DNA from: Magallana gigas
Taxonomy: Eukaryota
DNA: 64,000 bases
Direction: 5' to 3'
NCBI RefSeq assembly: GCF_963853765.1
Contig: NC_088857.1
Span: forward strand, 15,128,001-15,192,000
Shown: piece by piece, positions 1-11,403 of the stretch
Numbering within the stretch: position 1 is the first letter of the stretch
Layout: each line of letters begins with the position of its first letter
Position numbers and translations under genes: made by a program
The notes under the pieces: generated by a model
What the model was told of the DNA's origin: nothing
Database searches by the model: none
What the model saw: the letters and a program-made list of their open reading frames with translations, nothing else

Positions 1-2100
1 GTATAACAAACGTCTGATTGACCTTTTCATACATATCCCCTATATAAATGAAACCTAATTTTTAAATATCCTGAAAGGAAACTGATTTATTGTCAATTTT
101 ATATATCTGATTTATGCATTCTACCATTGTTTCCTTTTTGCACAGAATAAATGTTTTTCAACATTTTTCAACTTTCCAAAATCTATTGTTTGAATTTTAT
201 ATAATTATTTTAGTAAAATCAATACCAGATTTCATCAGTGTTTGCATATGATTTCCAAAATAAGCTTTAAACAAATTTGTTAATGTTGAAAGTATAACTA
301 AAGCCTTTTAATCCATCCTTATTTAAGTGCCATCATAAAGTTTTCAAAATCTATCAGTTTTAATCTGTCATTCTCATATCATTGAATGAGAGTGCTCTTC
401 TTAGTTTGTTCTGGTTTTTCATTCCAAATAAATTCAAATAGTTTTCTTTCCAAACTTCTAATAAATTCTAGTGTTGGGTTTGGTAGAGTCAAAATTAAAT
501 GATTAATTTTGGGGACTACTAAACTTTTTGATAACTGATTTTCCTATCGTTGTAAGATTTCTAGTATTCCATTAAGATAAGAGTTTATCTACTGATTTGG
601 AATCTATCTCTATCATATCTTCCAGATTTTCTGAAAAGTTTATACCCAAAGATTAAACTTTGTGTGAAATTAAGTTAATTTCCACTTAGAGTAATGAAAA
701 ACTTCTTTTGAGATTTTTTATATCCTATCGTTTATACCCAAAGATTAAACCTTGTGTGAAATTCAGTTAATTTCCATTTAAAGTGATGAAAAACTTCTTT
801 TGAGATTTTTTTTAACATCCTATCCATATTATTTTGTTCTACGAAAGTTTACATTTGCATATGTCTAGTGTTTGGAGAATTCCGTCAAGAGATTTTGGGG
901 AGCCGTCTGTGTACTGCGATATTTTATACTCTTCCACATCTATATTTATGCCCTTCATAGTCTTATTATTTCGAATTAAGATACCAAGAATTTTAGCACA
1001 GAGTATAAATAAATATAGGGAAATTGGATCTCCTTGTCAACATCCTCTCTCTGATTGGAAATATACAGATATTATGCCATTTTGTGTAATGCATGAAGTT
1101 ATATTGTTGTAAACAAACTTCTATCTATTTTTTTTTAAATTGATTTACCATACTTTAAATACCCTAATGTTTCAAAAATAAATTTTCAAGATTTTTTCAA
1201 AATTAATAAGCATTATTATTTGTTTACTTTCAGTGTAAATCATATTATCATATACAAGTCTGATATTTTCCCCAATAAACCCACCCTTAACAAAGCCTGT
1301 TTGATCTGTACAAATTAATTTATCTAAGGACTTATTAATTCGTTTTTAATTCATGCTGCTGTACAGTCTGTAGCTTTTTTTATATACAACTGTTAATAAA
1401 GTTATGGGACGCCAATTTTTCCAAACACTGTTTAAGTTTAGCTTGCTTGTCAATACAGGCAATTATTCCTAACTTATTAGTAGGAGAAATATCGCTTATT
1501 TCATACCATATGTTACTTGCTTTAGTAGAAGGTATTTTAAGTCAGACCAAAATATTGAAAAGAAACTCAGAGCTAAAACATTAAAGACAACTGGGGAGTG
1601 GTCTGATCTATAACTATTTTCAAATTTAATGTTACGGATAAAGGGTAATAAAGAATCGGAAGTCAAGAAGTAGTGTAATCTTGCCTGTTTTACAGAATTT
1701 TTTTATACGCCAAGTATATCTTTTAAGCTCTGGATGAGAAATACTAAAACTATTCCAAACCTAAGACATCAATTATCTTTTTAGGTTCGCGTTGGTTTTT
1801 TTTTTGGTTTATTCATTATTTTGTAATTCATGGTATTTAGTTCTTGGTGCTAAACAACATTAAAATCCCTTGCTAGTATTTTATACTGACTAATATACAA
1901 CTTTTCAATTTCATTTCTTCAGTTACAATTAAAATAAGGTTGATCTTTATTTAGCCCATGTATATTAAATAAAAGAAAATCTTAGTTTTGAATCACAACT
2001 GCAGCAATTAAAAAAAATACCGTTTGAATCACAGGTTGTATATTTTACCTTGCCGCAAAATTTAACAAAGCGTATTCAACTAATCAATGCTCGAAAATTA
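1..2100 (-). pseudogene. Decayed L1/Tx1-clade non-LTR retrotransposon ORF2 (APE endonuclease + reverse transcriptase) remnant
   Basis: Manual minus-strand translation gives ordered ORF2 motifs: NIHGLNKDQP (~1940-1968), YRSDHSPV (~1590-1612), NWRPITLLTVVY (~1382-1417), TDQTGFVKGGFIGENI (~1262-1309), RGC*QGDPIS (~1021-1048, premature stop), EYKISQYTDG (~902-931, YADD-like) and a KSLVVPKINHLILTLPNP-like segment (~480-530). Stops, frameshifts and a linker deletion are present. Ends are approximate. Confidence 0.85.
638..815. repeat. Tandem duplication, ~92-bp period, inside the LINE remnant
   Basis: gtttatacccaaagattaaac...aaaaacttcttttgagatttttt starts at 638 and again at 730. Confidence 0.85.
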
Positions 2101-2191
2101 AAACTTGTTTTAACCATTCCGATGCTAAATTGCACCTAATTTTGTTTTCTTCGTGCAGATGCAGTTTATGTTAGTCGTTTACTAGTGCCAG

Positions 2192-4159
2192 ATGACAGAA
2201 TCATTTGAAGTCTTGGATCTTCTACATGTTGCTATAGAAAAGAATGACCTCAAATTAGTGGTGAGCATCCTTGCAGACAATGGTTACCTAGTCAACAAGC
2301 TCAGATTTAACCATACAGCATTGACATTAGCTTTAAAACTCCAGGCCAATGAAATAATCGAGGCTGTTGTGGCATGTCCTAATTTAGATGTCAACACCGT
2401 AGTTAGATTTGGTCAAACTGGGTTGTATTTCGCAGCCAAAACTGGACCAATTTCATTGGTCAAAAAACTAATATCACTGGGAGCTCATGTTAACCAATCG
2501 ACGCCTTCAATACTTCATGGATGCGCGTACGGAGAGAGTGATAACGAGGCTATAGTTTTCGCTTTAGTGAAACATGGTGTCAACGTTGATGCTGTAGATG
2601 AAAGAAATAGAACACCGCTTTATATTGCGGTACAAAACTCACTCGTGAACGTAACCAAAGCCCTGATAAAATGCAAAGCCAACGTCAACACTGCTGAAGA
2701 ACACCGCGCTCTGACTCCGTTGATTCTGTGTGCAGGAAAATTTCCGACTTCCATCGATGCTAACAGCAAACAGAGGTATATTAGGTCCTTAAAAGTTTTA
2801 AATATTCTACTAGAGAATGGTGCAGATCTAAGCCTTACCGACAACAAGGGTTATACGGCACTGCATCATGCAATAGAGAATAACAATGTTATGGGAACTT
2901 TAAAACTTATCCAATGGGGAGCACAGCATAACTCATTCACGGCAGAAACAATTCAACAAGCCTTTGAGACGACCGTAGCAAGGAACCATTTTGAAATAGC
3001 TTTCTTCATATTCTTATACTTTTACAAATTCTTTTGCAGATTTTCTTTTCAGTTTTACTGCAAAGCAAAGGAGGATGTCACGAAGGTTGAAAGAGTCAAG
3101 ACAAATAATTTTCGCTTGGTACTTGAACAAGCTTTGAGCGAAATGCTTGCAGTGCATTTTCCTTTCAACGACAGTCGAACTTTTGACCAAAAGTCGTTGA
3201 CACTACAGATTCTCTGTAGACATGCCATGTTACGAAAATTAAACTATTCATTATATGAAAAGAATCAGTTGGGTTTACCCACAGCCAATCTGCTACGAAG
3301 ATACATCTTTTTCGACACTGATTTCTCGGAGGTATCTGTATCGTTACTTTCCGATGTTCATGTAGCTACATACACAGGCGATATTGCAAGCATAAGTTTG
3401 AAGGCGAACCAACAAATCGTCAATATACCATTAAATGACCATACATTACTCGAAATTGCAATCTCAAGGAAAAGTATCTTCATAACAAATCTTCTGTTGA
3501 AACATGGTGCTGATCCTAACATTGAAACGACAGAAGGACTCAAGCCTTTGCATCTTGCATGCTCTCTTGGGTGTTTGATTATAACTCAATGTTTGCTGGA
3601 GTTCGGAGCAGACGTTAACGCTTTGAACAAACACGGGAACCTTCCTATTCATACTGCGTGTTCTGCCGGCCATTTTCACATTGCGGAATCACTGATAAAA
3701 CATGGCTCAATTTGTAACTCTCCGGATAGCAATGGTCGATATCCTATTCATTACTCGTCTGCGAGTGGCAATTGGAAATTTACGAAAACGCTTTTACAAC
3801 ATGGGGTTGACGGAGACGTCATGGATGCGTTCGGATATACGGGTCTTCAGTTGGCTTCTAGCAGAGGAACTCTATATCTCCTTGAACATATTAAACTTCC
3901 ATACATGTTCAAAAGAGACATGTTGATGAAAGGGGACATGACTGTTTTGAGATATTCTTCCAATATAAAATGGGTTCCAAAACAAAGGTATTCACACGAA
4001 GTCGACCATGATGGGGTTATTAAATTGTTCCTAGAATATGGATGTAGTAGTGAAATCCCATGCTGGACCAAGACGACGCAGTCTGCTTTAGACACTGCGA
4101 GGGATTTCTACCCCAATGGAGCTGTGCCTTTATTACTTCAGAAGTCAAAACTGAATTGA
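2192..4159 (+). CDS. Ankyrin-repeat protein (655 aa) with internal SOCS box: ANK block - SOCS box - second ANK block
   Basis: Many ankyrin motifs (GQTGLYFAA, RTPLYIAV, GYTALHHA, GLKPLHLAC, GNLPIHTAC, GRYPIHY, GYTGLQLA). SOCS-like SLTLQILCRHAM...LGLPTANLLRRYIFF at aa ~335-374 (nt 3194-3313). Splice acceptor ttcttcgtgcag at ~2158 just upstream; AATAAA at 4323. Confidence 0.9.
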   Translation: MTESFEVLDLLHVAIEKNDLKLVVSILADNGYLVNKLRFNHTALTLALKLQANEIIEAVVACPNLDVNTVVRFGQTGLYFAAKTGPISLVKKLISLGAHVNQSTPSILHGCAYGESDNEAIVFALVKHGVNVDAVDERNRTPLYIAVQNSLVNVTKALIKCKANVNTAEEHRALTPLILCAGKFPTSIDANSKQRYIRSLKVLNILLENGADLSLTDNKGYTALHHAIENNNVMGTLKLIQWGAQHNSFTAETIQQAFETTVARNHFEIAFFIFLYFYKFFCRFSFQFYCKAKEDVTKVERVKTNNFRLVLEQALSEMLAVHFPFNDSRTFDQKSLTLQILCRHAMLRKLNYSLYEKNQLGLPTANLLRRYIFFDTDFSEVSVSLLSDVHVATYTGDIASISLKANQQIVNIPLNDHTLLEIAISRKSIFITNLLLKHGADPNIETTEGLKPLHLACSLGCLIITQCLLEFGADVNALNKHGNLPIHTACSAGHFHIAESLIKHGSICNSPDSNGRYPIHYSSASGNWKFTKTLLQHGVDGDVMDAFGYTGLQLASSRGTLYLLEHIKLPYMFKRDMLMKGDMTVLRYSSNIKWVPKQRYSHEVDHDGVIKLFLEYGCSSEIPCWTKTTQSALDTARDFYPNGAVPLLLQKSKLN

Positions 4160-7100
4160 GGCATTATATTACCATATAGTTTGTTTGACTGTAACCCGTA
4201 AATAGTATTCAGTTATTGATTTAGAAGTTAAGGATGGTGATTTTTGATACCAGGTCGTTCCCGTACTATTAAGTGTGTTTTGTTTCATTCCTTTGTAATA
4301 TATTTGTAATACCTTCTCTACCAATAAAAATTGGCACACTGTTACATTTTTAAAGCAATGTTATGTGCTGCAATTTTCACGTCGAAATGTTTTAATGAGT
4401 GAGGTATTTAGTAAAAAAACCAAAAATGATTATCGTGGCCACAGTCGTGTTTATGAGTCATATTTTTGTGGAGAATATATTGTTGTGGATAATACTATTT
4501 AAAGATGCTGACTGAAAAAAAATTGTCAACGGGAAGAAAAGATGGTTTGCTATATACTATTACAATACATTTATCGTTAGAAGAGAATTCTTTTAGTATT
4601 TCATAATTTTTTTTGTGGGAAACACTATTTAGAAACCCTAACATAAGCAAAATTATATTATTGTCTTGTACACGATTTTTGCTATATATTACTTGATAGA
4701 GATAATATTTAATGATTTACGTACTTTGATCTTATTTCTAGACTTGCTAACGTTTCATCTATAATAACCATAGCAGGTTTGCAGCAAAATTACCCCGGTA
4801 AAATGTCAATGAGATTATATGCTCTAAAGTTGTCTCTCTTTTCGTCTTTTTTTCTGAAACGGATATGAAATGATTTAACGGTTCTTGTGTAATTTATTCA
4901 TAACTATTTATTTTTTCTTGATATGATTTTATCTACAGATACCTAATCATGATCTGACAAAGATGCTCACCAAGTTTTTGTCTTTGCTCTACTGCGTTTA
5001 TTCAACGGAGTACAGTATCGCTGTACTTGAAATTAAATGAAAGACATTGGATTCATCATTATCTTAATTTGACTATGATATAAACATTTCGGTTCATGTA
5101 CTGCTTCTATAACATTTGTGTGACCCTTTTTTGCTAATACTATTAAAATGGGAGTGGTTACGATTTTTGCCAAAAATTATTTTTTCGTTTTCAATATTTA
5201 CAATGCTTCAGTGAGGCATTTCCAATAGACAACCTAAATTTGGGTACCAGTCGTCAAGTTTTAAGCGAGATACAGAGCTCATAGTTCTTTGTTATGTAAA
5301 CAAAACTCATGTCATATTTTAGTTTACATTTTAAATGCTGAATGAAAACTTCTAGGTTTAGACCTAAGATGAATTTGACAGACCAAAAATGAATGTGACA
5401 AACGCTAGAAACTGCATTTATGTTCAAAATGAATAAGCAGACTTTAAAAAATCAGATTGTAAAAGATTTTACCAGTATATTGTACCAAACAAAAACATGG
5501 TACGAGCCTTGTTAACACAAAAAAGAATTGTAATTTCTGTATCTTGCTTATAACTCCAGGACTGCCTCTCAAATGGATGATCATTACAACAGGAAAAATG
5601 CATTACTTCAGCATTGTAAACAACAAAAATAGAAAAATAAAATATGGCCACAGTAGTGACCATGCCCCTTTTATACTTTAATAATAGAGTTCTAGTACGA
5701 GTTTTAATGTAGATGTGCTGAGCAGCAGAATACGTTGTTTACATATTCTAAAAATAGAGGTGAGAGTACATATGGCTGCGGGAAGCAGTTATTCTCAAGT
5801 GATGGTTTAAGTATCTAACCCTCCGACAATTTATTTCATTTACGATATCTTTATAAATACCTATTAACATGCATATAAACTCAGTTAATTTATTAATGCT
5901 CAATGTGTCTATTTATTCTATAATAATGTCATATCAAAGAAACGCTTCCAATATAGATCACGGGAATTGTGGAAATTCATTTTGAACGTTTATAAGACTG
6001 ATATAAGAACATAGATTGGTTTTAAATGGAAGACAGATAGGTACTTAGTATATGAGTTGTTTCTGAATCCTGGACTTTTTCTCTCGCTTTTGAGTACAAA
6101 GTCTTTAGTGTCGGTTTATTTTTTTATACATGGATCTTCTTAATTGTTGTTTTATACTCTGGTTGATCGTTAAGGTCCGTAGGCCTCTTGTTTGGGATGA
6201 AATCAAAAGGTCAAAGTAAACAGTCTTCTATTAATTTTGAGGTCAAGGTAAAGGTCAATTCCTATATACCAGTAATAATATATGTTTACGCATGACATTT
6301 GTATTTTTCTAATCTTTTGTATTTAAACTTTATATTGCATAAGATCTCTATTAGGCAAAAAGGTCAATATCAAATGTTGCCACAGCATCCAATAATGTCA
6401 CTTATTTTTTATTCAATACCTTACTTTTGCTCTGTATATCATTTCTTTTTGCATTTAGTGGAACTATCAATTAATAAAATAATTTTGTTGAGGGGATAGA
6501 CTATAATATTCAGAATGTTTAATTTCAGAAATTGTCAAATACGTTAAAAACGCATTCCCCCCCCCCCCCCCCCCAAAGTAATTTTCATCAAAAAACTGAA
6601 AACGCAGAATTTTTATTTGATAATTTACATCTCTTACGGTTACTGAATTCATCAATGAAATTTTACATACTGATTGCTTTTTTTTTTTATGAATTTTCAC
6701 TTTAAAGTAATTAAAATTTGGGCATTTTTTGAGAATTGCTCAGCTGGGCTATTTATACATTTAAGAATCAGTATTGCTTAGAAACATTAAAAAAAAAATC
6801 AAAACTTGAATTGTTGAAATAAATACATTTTGTATTATAGTTTCTGAAAATAACAAAAATGTCTTTATGAAATTTGAGATGTTTGATGCATTTTGTGTTG
6901 AAAATACAGTAAAATTGTAATTTTCCTGCATATTTGTTTGTTCTTTCATCCAAGAATGATATCCAGTTGGTAACCATAGCAACAATTAACAATGAAAAAA
7001 AATGTTATGTTCAAAGCTCAAGTCTGTGAACATACATTACATAAAAAAAATCAAATATATTTTTCATCATGCACATGTGCCACCCTCTTCCTGAATCTTA

Positions 7101-7831
7101 CATAGAACAGTACTTGAATCAATTCTATATGGACTCAAGTGACGCTTATACATCATTGTTACATGCATATAAACTTACTTGAGCTGTGTTATCTTGATAC
7201 ACATTTTACCTGGTGGTATGTCGTCAAGCGTAAATGAACAACTAAGATCAACTTTGATTTGTTTCTTGTAGTGCCAGCATCTAAGTGACAATATAGAAAT
7301 TAATTTATCAAGATATCTTACCATTTGCTATCGTACTTTCAATTTCAAATCCGGTTCAATTTACACCCCACCCACCATATCGATCAAATTCGCCGCCCCA
7401 GTATGAAATACCTTCCGACGCCCAAATGAGCGCGGTTATTTGTACAATGAATACTTTGATTCTAAGTGGAGGATGAAATTTAGATTAATTTATTATATCA
7501 CATAAAATTTCATTTTTCCTATCAGAGCTACCCGTCTTCCAGTTCTTAAACCCAAGCTGCAAATTTTTTCCGCGTTTCATATCCAGGTGTGCATTTATTT
7601 AGCTCTAAATCGTAATGCTTGCCTGCCCATGGAAGGATTTTAGGAAGTGTATTCTTTTTCATCCCTGTTTCCAACAAGGAAGTAGAAGAGTGAACGCGCA
7701 GATGGATGCAGTAATTTTGAATAAGCTGTGCTAAACACCAGGCTTAAAATTCTCAAATGCATATTAAGTATAATTGGGAAGTAAAACATTAAAAGTGTCA
7801 TAATTCAACTGAACATCGACAAACTAACAAG

Positions 7832-10204
7832 ATGGTCAGTGCAGGATTTCATATCGTATCTGCATTCACGCTTCTTTTTCTCCAAACTGAAGCAGGGGAA
7901 TCCAGCCTTCAGAAAAAGAATTCGATTATAGAGAGAGACACAACTCAGAAGAAATGTCCCAATTGGGACACCACGTACCCATACTCCAACGGAGTCGACT
8001 CCAAATGCTGGTTTTCTGTGTCGTATGATACCAAGAAAAAATTCCTTCACGAAGTGTCGAAAAACTCGTACAGTCTGGTGAACTTCGTGCTCCACTTCGA
8101 CAATGTGTCCACCACAGAGAGTAGATGTGTTATCCAAGGGAACAAGTGGACATGGACATTCCCTGGGCCCAAAGGAGCTCGCCAATATCTCGACTGGCCG
8201 CTAGAGTACAGGGTGTGGTCCTTAGGTCTGCTGAGTATGTACACCCTCGATGATTTCTCTGTACCATTAACAGTTCACGGAGATTGCAGTGGCATTCAAT
8301 ATGGCGCTAACGAGACAACGCAGCGGATTTCGTTGGCCTTGGCAAACCTCACAGACTACCTTGTGTCCAACACAAGAGGCGGTGATAAGGGGGATAGTTT
8401 GACCGAGTATTACAACCAGAGTTACTGGTGTTACAGAGAGCGGATCTACATTGATAGTCATTTACTGTATATGCTATGTCTAAATGTTATTTGTCCGCTG
8501 GAAGCTATTGGATACCGATGTTGTCGTTGGAAGTGGGATTTTCTGAATCAGACGAGAACTTTGGAATGTTCTGGAAGATACATAAAATACCGAGAGGTAG
8601 GATGGCTACTACCGTTTGTTATTGGTCTCACTCTGTACATGTTTTGTCCTCTAATGTTGGTATGGTTACTTAAGCATGTTCACGAACTGACCTTTAGCCA
8701 TACCTCAAACTACCTTGAGCTGTCTGATTTTGACGCCATTAACTATGAAGTGCATGAACAAGAAAAATCAGAGAACTGGATCTTTTATAATCCTGTACAT
8801 ATAGGAACAATTATTTCACATGTATTCCGGGGCTGCTGCTTAAAATATCCTATTTTGATATCAAGAATTGTTCGAATCATTTTCCTTTTTGCAAGCATAT
8901 CCGTTCTTGGATTAAAATTGCTTGTTCATGGGGTTTTTCAGTACGATAATATAATTGCCAGTGTCAATAAAGGCGTGCCAAAAGACTTTGAGTCCATTTT
9001 ATCAGGATATGAAAAAAGTAGAAAAAATTTTCTCCGGATGTTTGGAGGACCGTATGTCGCCTGCTTGTTTTATGCTGTGTGCTACACTATAAGTACCTGT
9101 GTCCCTTCAGATTTGGCTAAATTTCTTGCCAAAGGCTTAGTGAAGGAAGAATCTGAATTCATTAGCCCGCTTATGGTCATGGATTCCATAAGAGTAAGAT
9201 TTGGAGCCATGAAAACAACGGACATTGTCAACGGCTATCATGAAATATTTCGTACCCTTTTGTCCGAATTTTTCATGATTTTGAACCCCTCTTTCTGGAA
9301 ATTTTCTGTCATTACACAATGTAGCCGGTGGAGGAAATACTTTCGTGTTTTTCGGAGAAAATCTGCGTTGTTTGGGAGGTTGTTTCTAATACTTACTCCT
9401 TTGTATATTATGATATGTATTTTGGAGCTCCTTCTTTGCTTGATACGGTACGGAATTCCTTGGGTTGGTTTTGCCAAAACGATAATAATTGCCTACGTCA
9501 TCGCCCCTTGGAGAGGTCTTTCAGTTGGTGTACCAATAAAAATCATATTTGGAGCTTTTTCGATCTTCTTTGTGATTTTCACAATGTATATGTTTAGCAT
9601 TATATTTGTGGACAGCTTTATTTTTATGTGTGATGTGTCAGTGTATACATATGCAGGACTATTCGCTCATCCAGAAATCACTTATGGATACCTTATATTT
9701 TCCTCCACAGTCCTAATGTACATGTTTGACAGTGTTCACACCATCTCTAAAGTCTACGATCACTTGTTCCACCACGTCCGAAAAATTTGCAAAAAAATGC
9801 ACAAATATAATAAATATCCTGATGTCGAGTTATTCAAACGAGAAGACGAATGCAAAGGAATACCACGTGACCTATTCTTTCTCGTCGTCAAAAAGTACTT
9901 GCCGATCAGACACCAAGTGTTCATGTCCTTTCTAAAACTAATCGTGATCGTAATTGTGTTGTACATTTCGGTGGATCTTTTGTACGAATTTTCGGCGAAT
10001 AGAAACTTAAACATACTGACGCAAGCCGCAGCTACGATTATCGTCTGCCTCGTTCCGAAGTTCCTGGGGGATTCCTGCTCCGTGTTCAGAAACCGACGCC
10101 ACCACAGTCAGTCTCACCAAATCAAACACATCATCAAAACGTACTGTCAACGATCAAAGGAAGCCGGCTTTATGGAACACGTTTCTAATCTTGAAGTTTT
10201 ATAA
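7832..10204 (+). CDS. Uncharacterised 790-aa multi-pass membrane protein (signal peptide, Cys-rich glycosylated ectodomain, roughly 8-10 TM helices)
   Basis: Long intronless ORF. Hydrophobic N-terminus (GFHIVSAFTLLFL), ~235-aa Cys-rich segment with sequons NVS, NET, NLT, NQS and NQT, then repeated hydrophobic stretches (WLLPFVIGLTLYMFCPLMLVWLL; LFLILTPLYIMICILELLLCLI; IIFGAFSIFFVIFTMYMFSIIFV; FLKLIVIVIVLYISV). No family recognised. TM count is estimated by eye. Confidence 0.85.
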   Translation: MVSAGFHIVSAFTLLFLQTEAGESSLQKKNSIIERDTTQKKCPNWDTTYPYSNGVDSKCWFSVSYDTKKKFLHEVSKNSYSLVNFVLHFDNVSTTESRCVIQGNKWTWTFPGPKGARQYLDWPLEYRVWSLGLLSMYTLDDFSVPLTVHGDCSGIQYGANETTQRISLALANLTDYLVSNTRGGDKGDSLTEYYNQSYWCYRERIYIDSHLLYMLCLNVICPLEAIGYRCCRWKWDFLNQTRTLECSGRYIKYREVGWLLPFVIGLTLYMFCPLMLVWLLKHVHELTFSHTSNYLELSDFDAINYEVHEQEKSENWIFYNPVHIGTIISHVFRGCCLKYPILISRIVRIIFLFASISVLGLKLLVHGVFQYDNIIASVNKGVPKDFESILSGYEKSRKNFLRMFGGPYVACLFYAVCYTISTCVPSDLAKFLAKGLVKEESEFISPLMVMDSIRVRFGAMKTTDIVNGYHEIFRTLLSEFFMILNPSFWKFSVITQCSRWRKYFRVFRRKSALFGRLFLILTPLYIMICILELLLCLIRYGIPWVGFAKTIIIAYVIAPWRGLSVGVPIKIIFGAFSIFFVIFTMYMFSIIFVDSFIFMCDVSVYTYAGLFAHPEITYGYLIFSSTVLMYMFDSVHTISKVYDHLFHHVRKICKKMHKYNKYPDVELFKREDECKGIPRDLFFLVVKKYLPIRHQVFMSFLKLIVIVIVLYISVDLLYEFSANRNLNILTQAAATIIVCLVPKFLGDSCSVFRNRRHHSQSHQIKHIIKTYCQRSKEAGFMEHVSNLEVL

Positions 10205-11403
10205 ATTCAACAAACAAGTTTATTTCTAAATTGCAGAGTTTACACAGAATTTAATTTGTATTGGAATATAATCCAGTCTTGTTTTATGTATTCAATGTTT
10301 TGTATAGCTTGATATATAAATATATATATATAAAAGGCTGATATTATACGTTTCTTTTCTGTTTTATGTATGAAACAAATTAAAAACAGTCGTCAGACCC
10401 ACTGATGAGAAAGAGTTCGAATTCTGAATCATCAGTCACTTTTTTATATCTTTTCTTCTATGTATTGGAGCGAACATGTTCAGAAAATGTGGCTGATATT
10501 CTAAATGCACGATTGCAATTATGTAGTTGGAATTGAGATTAATATGTGTAGTTCTTTTACTTAGGTATAGTATTATTTATAATTCGTAAAAAATCGAAAA
10601 AAAAACTTAATGTGAATAACTTTATTCTAGATGCCATATCGTAACTGTTGGTCTTGCTGATTTTACACCGTTTTCTCGTTTCACTTATCAATTTGCAGTT
10701 TACAGTTTATTTTTAAAGTATAACATTCAGATTTGCTTGAAAAATTACTTCAATTATACAATTTGGTAGAGATCTCTACATGTAAATCTTGAAACAAGTA
10801 ACTCGAGAGTGGCCGTCGACTTGCGCCACACTTTTGTTAACAATGTTTCCCTATTATTTACAATTTTATTTACACTCTTATTACGGATGTGTTACTCATA
10901 ATTAATATGTAGACTTCTCAATTGAAAAAGACAGGAAGTGTTTTTTTCCAAATTCAAGGTATTTTATTATATTGCATATATGTAAATATACATATTTAAT
11001 TTTTATTTAATGTGCACATAAATTATAATTGAAAATAACTTTTGTACAACCATGGTCATATTTAAGTATTCATTTGAACAGGTAACTACCCCGTGTCTCT
11101 GTAACACAAACTTTATCAGGACAATATTTCTCCACCCAAATTTTAAAGAAAATAAATCTCTAATCTCATGACCTTTAATTTCTGCTTAAAACACAGAGGA
11201 TATCAAGAACTATCCGCTCCAAGCAGCAAAACTTTTCAGCATGAAGTTACAATTGCACTTGAGCGTACTTGAATGCCTGTGAAATTTTGGAATGTAAAAT
11301 TGTCGCCATCATCTCTCGTGGCAGACTGCTTATGCGGAAATCTTCAGCGGGATTCCGGTTGAATCATCCGACTTTAAACGAAATCCAGGGCACTTTAATT
11401 TTT

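Noticed and set aside
834-1112. Plus-strand 92-aa ORF and other short antisense or intronic ORFs in the track
   Set aside because: They are antisense to the LINE remnant or real genes, or lie in AT-rich introns, and have no recognisable motifs.
5143-5470. Possible further TTAA/Kolobok-like element starting ttaaaatgggagtggttacgattttt
   Set aside because: Only a left end is recognisable. I found no convincing right TIR or TSD.
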